Position numbers and translations under genes: made by a program. Positions 46,523 through 57,011 of a DNA stretch of 64,000 nucleotides are shown one piece after another. Each line of letters begins with the position of its first letter. The first letter of the stretch is position 1. The notes beneath the pieces were generated by a model. The model ran no database searches. It worked only from the letters and a program-made list of their open reading frames with translations, and was not told the DNA's origin. Origin of the DNA: an uncultured Phycisphaera sp. (lineage in GTDB: Bacteria > Planctomycetota > Phycisphaerae > UBA1845). Location: the NCBI GenBank assembly GCA_964646605.1, contig CAZYEX010000137.1:35580-99579 (forward strand). Direction: 5' to 3'.

Positions 46523-47889
46523 CGGTGCAGGACGGACAAGGGGACCCGTGTGGGCTTGGCCAGAAGGTCATAGTCCTTCCGACCCACGCACCGAACGTGG
46601 AGAAACTCGCCCGGGGCGGCGTCGCACGATCGAATCCGCGTGACGCTGTCGACCGACGGCGCTTGACCTTGATGTCGAGCGACCGCCAAACCATCGTCGT
46701 TTCGATGATCCACCAGGACCTCGAACTGCTGCCCGTTGCGCCGGTCGGACAGCGAAAACGCGACCTTCTGCTGGACGCGCATCAACCGATCCACGCGTTC
46801 TTCCTTCACCCTTTGCGTAAGCTGTTCCTTCATTCGACCCGCGGGCGTGTCCGGCTCCAACGAATACGGGAAGACACCGAGGGCGTCAAAGCCGAAGTCG
46901 CGGATGAAGTCCACGAGCTCCTCGAACTCCGCCTCCGATTCGCCCGGGAAACCGGCGATCAACGTGGTGCGGATGGAAACGCCGGGGATGCGCTCGCGGA
47001 TTCGTTGCAAAAGGTCCTCGGTCTGCCGGCGGGTGACGCAACGGTGCATGGCCTTGAGCATTCGATCGTTGATGTGTTGCAGCGGCAGGTCGATGTACTT
47101 GCAAACGTGCGCGCACTCCGCGATGGCGTCGATCATTTCATCCGTGAACACCGACGGATACGCATACATCAACCGAATCCAGCGCAGCCCGTCGAGGCGG
47201 TCAAGGCGCCGCAGCAGGCCCGCCAGCCCGCCGTCGAGCGGATCCTCGCCGAGCCCGTAACTGGTGGTGTCTTGTCCGATGAGACTGATTTCGACGGCCC
47301 CATCGGCGACCAGCTCCCGCGCTTCGGCCTCCACCACTTCCGGCGGCTTGCAATGCATCCGTCCCCGGATCGAAGGAATCGTGCAGAACGTACATTTCTG
47401 ATCGCACCCTTCGCCGATGCGAAGGTACGCATAGTGCCGCGGCGTGATCCGCAAGCGAGCGGTGTCGAGTTGGACGAACGGGTGATAGTCGGAAAGAAAA
47501 AGGTCCGTGGTCCGCGAGGCACGATCGCTTACCGCACCCAACACCGCTCGTACGATGTCGTCGCGGTTGTTGACCCCCACCAGGGCATCGACGCCCGGCA
47601 TCCGTTGCAGGATCGCATCCTTGTCGCGTTGCACGAGGCAACCCGCGACCACGACGCGCCGCAAGACGCCGTTCGACTTACGGGCCAGGGCTTCGCGGAT
47701 CACTTCGTCGGCCTCAGTCCTGGAGGCCTCCAAAAAGCCGCAGGTGTTGATGACCGTGACATGGGCGTCGTCTTCGTCGGCCGTGATGGCGCAGCCGGCC
47801 TCCGCCAATTGTCCGAGCATCTTCTCGGAGTCCACCAGATTCTTGGCGCACCCCAAGGAAACAAACGAAACGCGTATCGGTTCCATCAT
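46519..47889 (-). CDS. rimO: Ribosomal protein S12 methylthiotransferase RimO (MiaB-family radical SAM)
   Basis: MTTase N-domain (VSFVSLGCAKN...INTCGF), radical SAM CDQKCTFCTIP, C-terminal TRAM domain. Confidence 0.85.
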   Translation of the reverse strand: MMEPIRVSFVSLGCAKNLVDSEKMLGQLAEAGCAITADEDDAHVTVINTCGFLEASRTEADEVIREALARKSNGVLRRVVVAGCLVQRDKDAILQRMPGVDALVGVNNRDDIVRAVLGAVSDRASRTTDLFLSDYHPFVQLDTARLRITPRHYAYLRIGEGCDQKCTFCTIPSIRGRMHCKPPEVVEAEARELVADGAVEISLIGQDTTSYGLGEDPLDGGLAGLLRRLDRLDGLRWIRLMYAYPSVFTDEMIDAIAECAHVCKYIDLPLQHINDRMLKAMHRCVTRRQTEDLLQRIRERIPGVSIRTTLIAGFPGESEAEFEELVDFIRDFGFDALGVFPYSLEPDTPAGRMKEQLTQRVKEERVDRLMRVQQKVAFSLSDRRNGQQFEVLVDHRNDDGLAVARHQGQAPSVDSVTRIRSCDAAPGEFLHVRCVGRKDYDLLAKPTRVPLSVLHR

Positions 47890-48070
47890 TCGTCGACGCC
47901 CGTCGCGCCCGATCAGAGCCGCGGGCGGCTCCCCTTTACGCGAAGCGTCAAGGGCAAACCCGCGGACTTATTCCCCCCATACCCGCCAGGGACGGCCCCC
48001 GACGCGAGTCCAAGAATGGCATCCTAATCGAACATTGACGCCTTTGCGACCGGCGGCGGACAATGCCAAC

Positions 48071-48721
48071 ATGCCACCAGACCCCGATCCACGCGACGCC
48101 CCCCGAACGCCCCCCGCCGCCCAAGTATCGGACGACGTGCTCATCTCCGGCGTCAGAGCCGGTGACACCGCCGCCCTGCGGGCTTTGATGGATCGATACG
48201 ACCGTTTGGTTCGATACACGATCTTCCGCCTTTCCAAGAGCGAGTGCGCCCGTGACGGCCACTGGCTCGATTCCCTTGCCAACGAGACTTGGGCCGGGTT
48301 CCTCCGGTCGCTGCATCGAAAACCTCAGGAACTTCCCAGGTCGGCCAGCGCCTATCTTGTCACCATCGCCCGCAACAAACTGTCCTCCGCGCTACGCCGT
48401 TTGCCCAGACCTGCCGCCCAATACGTGGAAGTCGCGACGTCAGAGGCCGAAACAAAAGAGACGCTTGAGATGATTATCGGACTTGAAAACGTCGAAGCTC
48501 TCCGCGGGTGCGTGGACGGTTTGGAGCCCGAGGACGTGCGGCTTTGGGGTGCCCTGGAGGGCATTTTGGACCGGAAATGGACGGAGGCGGCGGCCGAGCT
48601 GGGAATGAGTGAATCTACTCTCCGTTCGCGTTGGAAACGGACTTTGGAACGCCTTCGGGCATGTTTGGAGGCAAAGACTGGCCGCGGGTTCGCGCCCGGC
48701 GATGACATAGGCGACTTCTAG
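48071..48721 (+). CDS. ECF-type sigma-70 family sigma factor
   Basis: Region 2 (DRLVRYTIFRL, AGFLRSL) and region 4 HTH (WTEAAAELGMSESTLRSRWKRTLERLR). Start at MPPDPDP; the ORF track's upstream extension is antisense to rimO. Confidence 0.75.
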   Translation: MPPDPDPRDAPRTPPAAQVSDDVLISGVRAGDTAALRALMDRYDRLVRYTIFRLSKSECARDGHWLDSLANETWAGFLRSLHRKPQELPRSASAYLVTIARNKLSSALRRLPRPAAQYVEVATSEAETKETLEMIIGLENVEALRGCVDGLEPEDVRLWGALEGILDRKWTEAAAELGMSESTLRSRWKRTLERLRACLEAKTGRGFAPGDDIGDF

Positions 48722-48735
48722 GGTGGAGAGAGCGT

Positions 48736-49116
48736 ATGGAGCAACACAAGCGCATTGCGGAAGTCCTGCGCGACCTTCGCGACGCGGAGGATGCGGGCGT
48801 TTTTCGGCGTACGCCGGTCGACGCCGCCCTTCTTCTCCGTGAGACGAAGTCCGGCGGAGGCCCTCGCACCCTGGCTACTCTTCGGCGACTTTCCGTAGCC
48901 GCGGCGGTGGTACTGGCCGTAGGTGTGTGGAGTTGGCGACCGGTCCCGCCGTCCAGGGTGGCGTCGGGGTGTGACGGTAGTGTTTTCGGTTGCCTATCGG
49001 GGCCCCGAGACTCCCTCCCCCGGGACTGTGCGACCCACGACTACGACGGCGACGGCGACGTGGACCTGCTGGACATCCGCGCCTATCAGCTTCACTGCGA
49101 CGGCATCCCGCAGTAG
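48736..49116 (+). CDS. Putative anti-sigma factor (single TM) with DGDGDVD Ca-binding/dockerin-like C-terminal motif
   Basis: Immediately follows the ECF sigma gene; TM segment LSVAAAVVLAVGVWSW. Assignment by position only. Confidence 0.4.
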   Translation: MEQHKRIAEVLRDLRDAEDAGVFRRTPVDAALLLRETKSGGGPRTLATLRRLSVAAAVVLAVGVWSWRPVPPSRVASGCDGSVFGCLSGPRDSLPRDCATHDYDGDGDVDLLDIRAYQLHCDGIPQ

Positions 49117-49131
49117 GTTCCCCACCGATCC

Positions 49132-51150
49132 TCAAGCCTCGATAAGATCGAAGCTCGTCTTCGGGCGGCGTCCGAAGATCAGCACCACAAGGAAAATGGC
49201 CGCGCTCCCCGCCGCAAGAGCGTAGTACCACGGCTGGCCGTACACCACGCACCCCACCTCGCCGACTCCTATGGCGACCACGACCGTGACCAGGGCGTAC
49301 GGCATTTGCGTCCAAACGTGCTCCACGAGAGGGCAGTCAGACCCGATGGCGGAGAGCACGGTGGTGCTGCTGATGGGCGAGCAGTGGTCGCCGAAGATGG
49401 CCCCGCCCAGCACGCTGCCCACAGATGCGTAGAAGATCGTTAGCGCCTGCTCGGGGGGAAGGTCGGCGCACAACTTCACCGCCAGAGGTATGGCGATCGG
49501 ACAGAGAATCCCCATGGTCCCCCACGACGTGCCCGTGCAGAAGGATATCAGGGAGGCCACGATGACGATGGCCAGAGGAAGCCAAGTCGCGGGGAAGTTC
49601 ATGGCCTGCATCTTGGCCGTCAGGACCTCGCCGAGCATGAGGTCTTGCTCGACCTGAGACAGTCCCCAGGCTAGGACGAGAATGGCGAGGGCCGGGACGG
49701 TGTGGGCCATGGAGGCCAGCCCCGCGTCCATCGCATCGGCCAGGCGACAGGTTCGGGCGATGATGGTCAGGAGGATGGCACTGACTGCCGCGGCGAGAGA
49801 GCCGTAGAGGATCGACAGATACGAGTCGGCCGCGCCGATGATTCTTGCCCCCTTTTCCCACCACGCGAGGTCGGTCTGACCAAGCATGGCCTGGGTCTGA
49901 GGATGGGCGAGACCCGTGACGGCCAGGATCACCAACGTCGTGAGGACCAGCGCGGCCACCGGGAAGAAGCCCAGCCACCAGGTAGGCGCGGCTGGCTGCG
50001 GTCCAGCCTCCGGTGCCGATGCGTCCAAGTCGCGGCGGCTCAGGGCGCGGTTTTCGGAGGTGCGCATGGGACCGAAATTGCGACCGAGAAGCGCCACGAC
50101 GAACGCACAGACGATGGCAAGGATGGGGTAGAAGCGATACGGAAGGCTGTAAATAAAGGCCTGCATGGCCGTGACCGCGTTTCCCTGAGCGTCGAGGAGG
50201 AAGCCCGGCGCGCCGGCCTTGAGCACGGGGTCGAGTCCGCTGGAGATGTACCCGAGGACCGCGCCGATCCAGGTGCCGATGATGGCCAGCGACGCGACCG
50301 GAGACGCGGTGGCGTCGACGATGTAGGCGAGCATCGCCCGGGAGCGCTTCAGGCGATCGAAGACCGGGCGCATGGTGGGACCGATGATCATGCAACTGGC
50401 GTAATCGTCGAAGAAGACCATCATGCCCGCGAGCCACGCGGTGAGCGCCCCTCGTCGAGGGGAGGCGGACTGCCCGGCCACAATGCGCACCATCCCCGCC
50501 GTCCCGCCGTTGCGCCCGATCACCCCGACCATGAAGGACACGAGGAACGTGAAGATCAGGACTTTAATACGGGCGTAGTTCTGCTCGGGAGTTTCGTGGA
50601 TACTGCCGACGATGTACTTCTCCATCGTCAACCGGATACACGCGACAAAGAAGTTGTGGCCCGCAAAGGGCGCACCCTGGGGCAAGCAGAGTGCGTACAT
50701 GAACGCCCCCAGGATCAGTCCGACGAACAACGAGGCGACCACTTGCCGCGTCAGGATCGTTAATCCGATAGCGGCGACGGCCGGGACCAGGACCCACAAT
50801 CCGTAACCTCGTGGATCGTCCGAACCAAATTCCGCCGGGTCGGAGGCCGGGGCGACGGCAGCCGACGGTTGCGGCTCGGTTGCTACGGGGTCGGGAGGAG
50901 TTTGGGCCTCGACGCCCGGGCGTGCAACGAACCAAGCCGCGGCGATGAGGGCGATGAATATCCAAAGGGAAAGGGTGCGACCGCGCCTGCCTGAAGAACC
51001 TAGTGCGTCCACGAATCTCAGCCTTTCTGCTCGCCCGAGGGAGTTTTCACGTCCGTCCGACCCGGCGCCGGGACACAGTGTAGGCAGCAGCGTCGAGTCG
51101 TCCAGATTCCTGACCGTACGTAAGGTCCGCTTCTCCAACTGTATTCGCAA
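49132..51150 (-). CDS. Na+/H+ antiporter NhaC-family membrane transporter
   Basis: 10-12 TM helices with NhaC-like repeats. N-terminal about 60 aa is probably not translated (true start near GRRGRTLSLWIFIALIAAAW). Confidence 0.7.
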   Translation of the reverse strand: MRIQLEKRTLRTVRNLDDSTLLPTLCPGAGSDGRENSLGRAERLRFVDALGSSGRRGRTLSLWIFIALIAAAWFVARPGVEAQTPPDPVATEPQPSAAVAPASDPAEFGSDDPRGYGLWVLVPAVAAIGLTILTRQVVASLFVGLILGAFMYALCLPQGAPFAGHNFFVACIRLTMEKYIVGSIHETPEQNYARIKVLIFTFLVSFMVGVIGRNGGTAGMVRIVAGQSASPRRGALTAWLAGMMVFFDDYASCMIIGPTMRPVFDRLKRSRAMLAYIVDATASPVASLAIIGTWIGAVLGYISSGLDPVLKAGAPGFLLDAQGNAVTAMQAFIYSLPYRFYPILAIVCAFVVALLGRNFGPMRTSENRALSRRDLDASAPEAGPQPAAPTWWLGFFPVAALVLTTLVILAVTGLAHPQTQAMLGQTDLAWWEKGARIIGAADSYLSILYGSLAAAVSAILLTIIARTCRLADAMDAGLASMAHTVPALAILVLAWGLSQVEQDLMLGEVLTAKMQAMNFPATWLPLAIVIVASLISFCTGTSWGTMGILCPIAIPLAVKLCADLPPEQALTIFYASVGSVLGGAIFGDHCSPISSTTVLSAIGSDCPLVEHVWTQMPYALVTVVVAIGVGEVGCVVYGQPWYYALAAGSAAIFLVVLIFGRRPKTSFDLIEA

Positions 51151-51334
51151 CCCGCAAAAAAATATGTTGCCAGAGAGGGGGCACTGTCGGCGTTTGTCGC
51201 CGCGCTCGGATGGGCCGTTGCGCAGTCCGCGTGACTGTCGTTTCTTGTCGCCAAGCGCACAAAACGCTCACTGGGACACGAATAAAGCCCCCGTCGGGTC
51301 GAATGGAGCTTATAATGAGGTCCGCGCCGATTCG

Positions 51335-52129
51335 ATGAACGTAGTAGGCGCGGCGAGGACTGGCGTCGTGGCGAGCACAACCCTGACCAACCGAATGCTG
51401 CAACCGCTGCGCGGCGGGCTCGGCGTGCGTCATGCACTTTGGGTCTTCGTCGCTCCGCGGGCGTTGTTCTCGCGGGTCGAGGACACGGGCGCCTACGGAC
51501 TGTCTCTGGTCACGCTGCTGGGGCTGGTGATGTTGGTCGGGTACTCCCAAGTGCAGACGGCGCTTTACGATCGCATGGTCGAGCAGCGCACCGAGACTCG
51601 GTTGGGGGAACTGGAGGAAGCGCAGTTGCACCTGGTCGACCGGATCGAGTTCAAGGACCGCATGGAGTCGATTCGCAAGGCCGCGGTCTTCGAGACCACG
51701 ATCACGCGGCTGGGCGTGATCGTCCTCAAGCCGCTCTATTTTCTGGCGTCGCTGATGATCATCGCCTCGGTGCTGTACGCGATGGTCGCTCTGACCGGGC
51801 GCAAGCCGGAGTACCACACGCTGATGTCGATCGGGGTGTATGCGGCGTACATCGAACTTGTGGGTTGCGTCCTGCAATTGGGAATGATGCTGTACTACCG
51901 AACGACGGCGGTGGACACGTCGCTGCGGGAGTTGGGGTCGCCGGCGCTCGCCGCGGTGTGGGGCGGGATCGACCCGTTTCGGATTTGGTTTTGGGTGCTG
52001 GTGGCGGTCGGATTGACCGTCACTCAGCAGTTGAGTCGTCGAATGGCGATTGTCTCGTGCACGATGCTCTGCCTGATGAGCGCGGGGATGCACGCCGCGA
52101 TGGGCTTGGCCCAAGGCGCGGGCGCGTGA
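51335..52129 (+). CDS. Hypothetical polytopic membrane protein (Yip1-like topology)
   Basis: Start at MNVVGAARTG; five hydrophobic helices; family call is weak. Confidence 0.45.
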   Translation: MNVVGAARTGVVASTTLTNRMLQPLRGGLGVRHALWVFVAPRALFSRVEDTGAYGLSLVTLLGLVMLVGYSQVQTALYDRMVEQRTETRLGELEEAQLHLVDRIEFKDRMESIRKAAVFETTITRLGVIVLKPLYFLASLMIIASVLYAMVALTGRKPEYHTLMSIGVYAAYIELVGCVLQLGMMLYYRTTAVDTSLRELGSPALAAVWGGIDPFRIWFWVLVAVGLTVTQQLSRRMAIVSCTMLCLMSAGMHAAMGLAQGAGA

Positions 52130-52151
52130 CCGAGGCGATTGACGAAAGCTT

Positions 52152-53561
52152 ATGTCGGAGAATCGCGCAATGAAGGCGTTATTGACATTGATCGTTCTGG
52201 CCCTGATCAGCGCCGGCGTTTTCGCCCTGGGTACGGTGCGAAAGAAGGGCGATGACAAGCCGTTGCTGCACGTCGCGGAGGAGGTTCCGCTGACGGTACA
52301 GATCGCCAAGCCCTCGCGGGAGGAGATCACTCGCATCGTACAGGCGCCCGGCGACGTCGAGGCCGTGTTGGAGGTCGAAATCCGTTCGGAGATCGTAGCC
52401 AAGATCGAAGAGATGCCCGTGGTGGAAGGCGACACGGTCAAGAAGGGCGATCTTCTCTGCAGATTGGATGACAACAACTTGCTGGCCGACATCGAGTCGG
52501 GCCAGGCGCGGATCGCCCAACTGAAGGCGGCGATCGTACAGGCCGAGGCCGACGTGGAGAAGACGGAGCGCGATCTCAGCCGGCAAGTGACCCTGTCGGA
52601 GTCGGAGGCGACTTCGGACCTCGAGCTGCGTGACTATCAGACACTGCGCAACAAAGCCCGAGCCACGTTCGACATGCGGCGTCACGAGCTCGCCCAGGCC
52701 GACGCCATGCTGAAACGAGGGCACGAGGACCTTCTGCGCACGGTCATCCGCTCGCCGATCGACGGAGTGATCTCGCGACTGCAAGCGGAACAAGGGGAAG
52801 TGGTGGTCATGGGGACCATGAACAACCCCGGAACGGTCATCATGACCATCAGCGATTTGTCGAAGATGCAGGTGCGGGCGCGGGTTGACGAGGTCGATGT
52901 TCCGCTCGTGGCCTCGGAGCAGAAGGCACGAGTGTATTTGCAGTCCGACCAGGATCATCCCGTTCCCGGGCAAGTGATCCGCGTGGCGTCCAAGGGGATC
53001 AAGACCCAGGGGCGCGACGTGGTCACCTTCGAGGCCATCTTGGAGGTGCAGACCAACGATTCGCGCGTGAAACCGGGGATGACGGCGAACGTGGAGATCG
53101 AGGTGGCGCGGCGTGAGGACGCGATTACCGTGCCGGTCGAGGCCATTGTGCATCGTATGAGGAAGGATTTGCCCGAGAGCATCGTGGCGGAGTTCGATCG
53201 CAAACAGGCGGGTGTGGACCTTTCCGAACGTGCGCGGCAAGCGCAGTACATCAAGGTGGTGTACATCATGGAGAACGACGCGGCCAAGGTACGGGTGGTG
53301 GAACCGGGCATCGCCGACGCCCGGCGCGTGGAACTCGTCGACGGCGTGGCACTGGAGGACACGGTGATCACCGGTCCCTATCGAAGTCTCGACCAACTCA
53401 AGGAGGGGCGCAAGGTCGCGCTGTCGGACAAGGATAAGAAGAAACCGTCCGCCGAGACCGACGCAGAAAAGACCGCCTCTAAGGACGCGCCGAAGGATGA
53501 AAAGAAGGATGAGCAAGAGAAGGACGACGCCGCTAGCGCCACTGCGAGTGCCAAACCGTGA
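52152..53561 (+). CDS. Efflux transporter periplasmic adaptor subunit (HlyD/MacA family)
   Basis: N-terminal TM anchor, lipoyl/biotinyl-like domain, long coiled-coil hairpin, beta-barrel domain; Lys/Asp-rich tail. Confidence 0.8.
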   Translation: MSENRAMKALLTLIVLALISAGVFALGTVRKKGDDKPLLHVAEEVPLTVQIAKPSREEITRIVQAPGDVEAVLEVEIRSEIVAKIEEMPVVEGDTVKKGDLLCRLDDNNLLADIESGQARIAQLKAAIVQAEADVEKTERDLSRQVTLSESEATSDLELRDYQTLRNKARATFDMRRHELAQADAMLKRGHEDLLRTVIRSPIDGVISRLQAEQGEVVVMGTMNNPGTVIMTISDLSKMQVRARVDEVDVPLVASEQKARVYLQSDQDHPVPGQVIRVASKGIKTQGRDVVTFEAILEVQTNDSRVKPGMTANVEIEVARREDAITVPVEAIVHRMRKDLPESIVAEFDRKQAGVDLSERARQAQYIKVVYIMENDAAKVRVVEPGIADARRVELVDGVALEDTVITGPYRSLDQLKEGRKVALSDKDKKKPSAETDAEKTASKDAPKDEKKDEQEKDDAASATASAKP

Positions 53562-54316
53562 ACTCGAGTGCCAACGGTTCTCCCCTTATCGAACTCACCG
53601 ACATCGAGAAAATCTATCGTGTCGGCACGGAGTTGGTGCGCGCTCTACGGGGCGTGACCCTTACGATCGCGGAGAACGAATACCTGGCCATCATGGGACC
53701 CAGCGGCTCCGGTAAGAGCACGTTGATGAACATCCTCGGATGCCTCGATATTCCCACCAGTGGAATGTACAGCCTACGGGGCAAGGACGTTTCCAAACTG
53801 TCCCAGTCCAAGCTCTCACGAATCCGCGGACGACAGATCGGATTTGTATTTCAGACTTTCGAGCTGTTGCCGCGCACCACGGCGCTCAAGAATGTACAAC
53901 TTCCCCTGATGTATACGCAGATGGCGCACAAGAAGCAGCGAGCCATGGCGGCACTGGATCGCGTCGGTCTGTCGGATCGCGCCACGCACCGTCCGAATCA
54001 GCTGTCCGGCGGACAGAAGCAGCGCGTGGCCATCGCTCGGGCGCTCGCCCAGGAACCGGACATTATCCTCGCCGATGAACCGACCGGCAACCTCGACAGT
54101 CAGACCGGCGAGGAGATTATGCACGTCTTCGATTCCCTCCACGCCGAAGGTCAGACCATCATCGTTGTCACGCATGAAGAAGACATTGCCGCTCGTTGTC
54201 GGCGCATCATTCGGTTGAAGGACGGGTTGATCGCCACGGACGTGCAGAATGTACTAGCGGAGCCTCCGCGCTCGGTCCATGCGGTCCACCCCGCGAAGGC
54301 GGCGGTCCCTGTATGA
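53558..54316 (+). CDS. ABC transporter ATP-binding protein (MacB/LolD type)
   Basis: Walker [10 protein letters not shown], signature [15 protein letters not shown], Walker [13 protein letters not shown]. Confidence 0.9.
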   Translation: MNSSANGSPLIELTDIEKIYRVGTELVRALRGVTLTIAENEYLAIMGPSGSGKSTLMNILGCLDIPTSGMYSLRGKDVSKLSQSKLSRIRGRQIGFVFQTFELLPRTTALKNVQLPLMYTQMAHKKQRAMAALDRVGLSDRATHRPNQLSGGQKQRVAIARALAQEPDIILADEPTGNLDSQTGEEIMHVFDSLHAEGQTIIVVTHEEDIAARCRRIIRLKDGLIATDVQNVLAEPPRSVHAVHPAKAAVPV

Positions 54317-55590
54317 TGCAACTTGTCCTCCTCTCGCCGCTCCGCGCTTTTCATGCCGCGGTCGGAATGATCGGCCGGGGAAGTCAAAATGTGCTTACGG
54401 CGCTCGTCCAGATTTGGGCGAACAAGGGGCGATCCATACTCACCACCCTCGGCATTATCATTGCCGTGACCTCCACCATCGTCGTCGTCGCCTTTGTACA
54501 GGGCTTCGGCGACTACATCACCAAGATGGTGCGCGGATATGGCACGCAGTTCATCGTCGTTCACCCTTACTACCCTCCGAATGCATGGCAACTGGGACTG
54601 GGCAGTGTGACGCTCGATCTTCGCGACATCGAGGCCGTGCGCACGGAATGCCCGCATGTTCGACGGGTCACGCCGTTTGTCTACACTACCCAGGGCGAGG
54701 TCGCCTATGGACTCGAAAAGGCCGCGCAAACACCTACCCGCGGGGTCACCGAAGAATATCAGGTGATTCGCAACTACTTCGTGGATGCGGGGCGGTTTTT
54801 CGGTCCCATCGAGGTAGAGACCGCCGCGTATGTCGTCGTGCTTGGCCGCAGCATTCTCAAACAACTCGCCACCGACGATTCCATTCTGGGTCAATTCGTG
54901 CAGGTCAATGGGCATCGGTTCAAAGTTGTCGGAATCCTGGAGGCCAAGGGCAGCATCCACGGTGAGGACCAGGACAAGACCATCATGATTCCCTATACCA
55001 CGGCGCTCAATCTTTTTCCCGATCGCCGGCGGTCCATGCCGTTTCTCTTGGAAGCGACCAGTGAGGCGGACCTGGATGCGGCGCAGGCCGAACTGACCCG
55101 CGTGCTTCGCCGCCGACACCGTCTTGGGCCCGGCCAGCCCGACGATTTTGAGGTCAACCGTCAGGACCAGGCCGTGCGCGAGTTTGAGAAGGTGCGCAAC
55201 ATTGCCTCGGGGTCGCTGGCCGGCATCGTAAGCATTTCCCTGCTCGTCGGCGGGATCGGCATCATGAATGTCATGCTCGTCTCCGTCACGGAGCGTACCC
55301 GCGAAATCGGACTGCGAAAGAGCGTCGGCGCCCGCCGCCGCGACGTACTGACGCAATTCCTCACCGAAGCCGTGGTCCTCTGCACCATCGGCGGAATGGT
55401 GGGAGTGATACTCGGATACATACTTACGTACCTCGCGTCTCTGCATCCACAGATGGTTGCGATTACCGTCCCGTGGTGGTCGGTGGTCATGGCGCTGGGC
55501 TTTTCCGCCGCCGCCGGAGTTCTTTTTGGAATCATCCCCGCGTGCAAAGCCGCCATTCTACACCCCATTGATGCATTGAGGCACGAATAG
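54313..55590 (+). CDS. ABC transporter permease, FtsX/MacB-like (permease 1)
   Basis: N-terminal TM, large periplasmic domain, C-terminal FtsX four-TM bundle. ATG overlaps the ATPase stop (ATGA). Confidence 0.85.
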   Translation: MMQLVLLSPLRAFHAAVGMIGRGSQNVLTALVQIWANKGRSILTTLGIIIAVTSTIVVVAFVQGFGDYITKMVRGYGTQFIVVHPYYPPNAWQLGLGSVTLDLRDIEAVRTECPHVRRVTPFVYTTQGEVAYGLEKAAQTPTRGVTEEYQVIRNYFVDAGRFFGPIEVETAAYVVVLGRSILKQLATDDSILGQFVQVNGHRFKVVGILEAKGSIHGEDQDKTIMIPYTTALNLFPDRRRSMPFLLEATSEADLDAAQAELTRVLRRRHRLGPGQPDDFEVNRQDQAVREFEKVRNIASGSLAGIVSISLLVGGIGIMNVMLVSVTERTREIGLRKSVGARRRDVLTQFLTEAVVLCTIGGMVGVILGYILTYLASLHPQMVAITVPWWSVVMALGFSAAAGVLFGIIPACKAAILHPIDALRHE

Positions 55591-55620
55591 ACGGCAAAAC
55601 GCAGAAACGTAGAAACAGAG

Positions 55621-56952
55621 ATGGGTCGAGCCACCGCCAATTTGCCAACAAGAGCGACCCCTGGGGTTCGGTCGGGCCTGCTGACCGCGACTGTCTCCGC
55701 CCCGTGGCGCGCGGCTTCGTGGTTCGGAGGACGGCTGCTCACCCGGTGGCAGAACATCCTCACCGCGTTCGTACAGATATGGGCGAATAAGGCGCGCTCC
55801 GTTCTCACCACCCTGGGAATCATCATTGCGGTCACTTCGACCATCACCGTGGTTTCGTTCGTGCAGGGGTTCGGCGACTACGTCACCAACATGCTCCGGG
55901 GATTCGGGACCAACATCATGTTCGTCGTGCCGTGGGTTCCCTCGGGCATGGACGGACGGATGATGGGGACCATTTCCATGGACCTCGACGACGTCCGCGC
56001 CGTCGGTGCGGAGTGCGACAAGGTCCGCCGGATTTCACCCATGTTGTTCTTCGAGGGCACGGTCGAATATGGACGGCAGAAGGCGGAGAACATCGAACTC
56101 CAGGGAACGACGGAATCTTTTCAGACCATCCGCAACTTCTTCGTCGACGAGGGGCGCTTCTTCGGACCCATCGACGTCGATCAAGGCACCTATGTCTGCG
56201 TGCTGGGTCGGGAGATTCTGCGACTGCTGGAGGCCGACGAACGCATCGTCGGCGACTACGTCTTCATTAACAACATGCGCTTCCGCGTATTGGGCATTTT
56301 GGAAGCCAAAGGGAACTTCATGGATGACAACCAGGACAAGATCGTCCTGATACCCTTTAACACTGTCCTGAAAATGATGCCGTTTATGTCGCGTTTCATG
56401 CCCTTCATCGTCGAAGCCACCAAGGAGGAGGACACCGAGGAGGCATCTCTGCAGATCAGCCGCGTACTTCGCACGCGCCATGCATTGAAAGCGGGGGCGC
56501 CCAATGACTTTCGCATTTTCCGCCAGGATGAAATGCTCCGCGACTTTCAGCGAGTGAAGATGGTCGCCACCAGTGTCCTCGCGGGGATCGTGGGTATTTC
56601 GCTCATTGTCGGCGGCATCGGTATTATGAACATCATGCTGGTCTCGGTCACGGAGCGCACCAAGGAGATCGGTCTGCGCAAGAGCGTCGGCGGGCGGCGC
56701 CGCGACATCCTCTTGCAGTTTTTGACCGAAGCCGTCGTATTGGCGACGGTCGGCGGGATCATTGGCATCATCTTCGGGTATAGCATTTGTGGCATTGCTT
56801 CGCTGCACCCCTCGATGGTGAAAATCGCGGTTCCTTATTGGGCCGTCCTGCTGGCGATCTCCTTCTGCGTGGGCGTCGGCGTGATCTTCGGGATCATCCC
56901 GGCGTTCAAGGCGGCCATTCTGCATCCCATTGACGCACTGCGTCACGAATAA
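55621..56952 (+). CDS. ABC transporter permease, FtsX/MacB-like (permease 2, paralogue of permease 1)
   Basis: About 55% identical by eye to permease 1 over the whole length, with the same C-terminal ILHPIDALRHE. Preceded by an (AAACGNAG)x3 octamer tract. Confidence 0.8.
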   Translation: MGRATANLPTRATPGVRSGLLTATVSAPWRAASWFGGRLLTRWQNILTAFVQIWANKARSVLTTLGIIIAVTSTITVVSFVQGFGDYVTNMLRGFGTNIMFVVPWVPSGMDGRMMGTISMDLDDVRAVGAECDKVRRISPMLFFEGTVEYGRQKAENIELQGTTESFQTIRNFFVDEGRFFGPIDVDQGTYVCVLGREILRLLEADERIVGDYVFINNMRFRVLGILEAKGNFMDDNQDKIVLIPFNTVLKMMPFMSRFMPFIVEATKEEDTEEASLQISRVLRTRHALKAGAPNDFRIFRQDEMLRDFQRVKMVATSVLAGIVGISLIVGGIGIMNIMLVSVTERTKEIGLRKSVGGRRRDILLQFLTEAVVLATVGGIIGIIFGYSICGIASLHPSMVKIAVPYWAVLLAISFCVGVGVIFGIIPAFKAAILHPIDALRHE

Positions 56953-57011
56953 GGCGTTTCGCAAGGAACGCCGAGCACCGTTGTCAGCGTCGAACTTTTT
57001 AATTCGATCGT

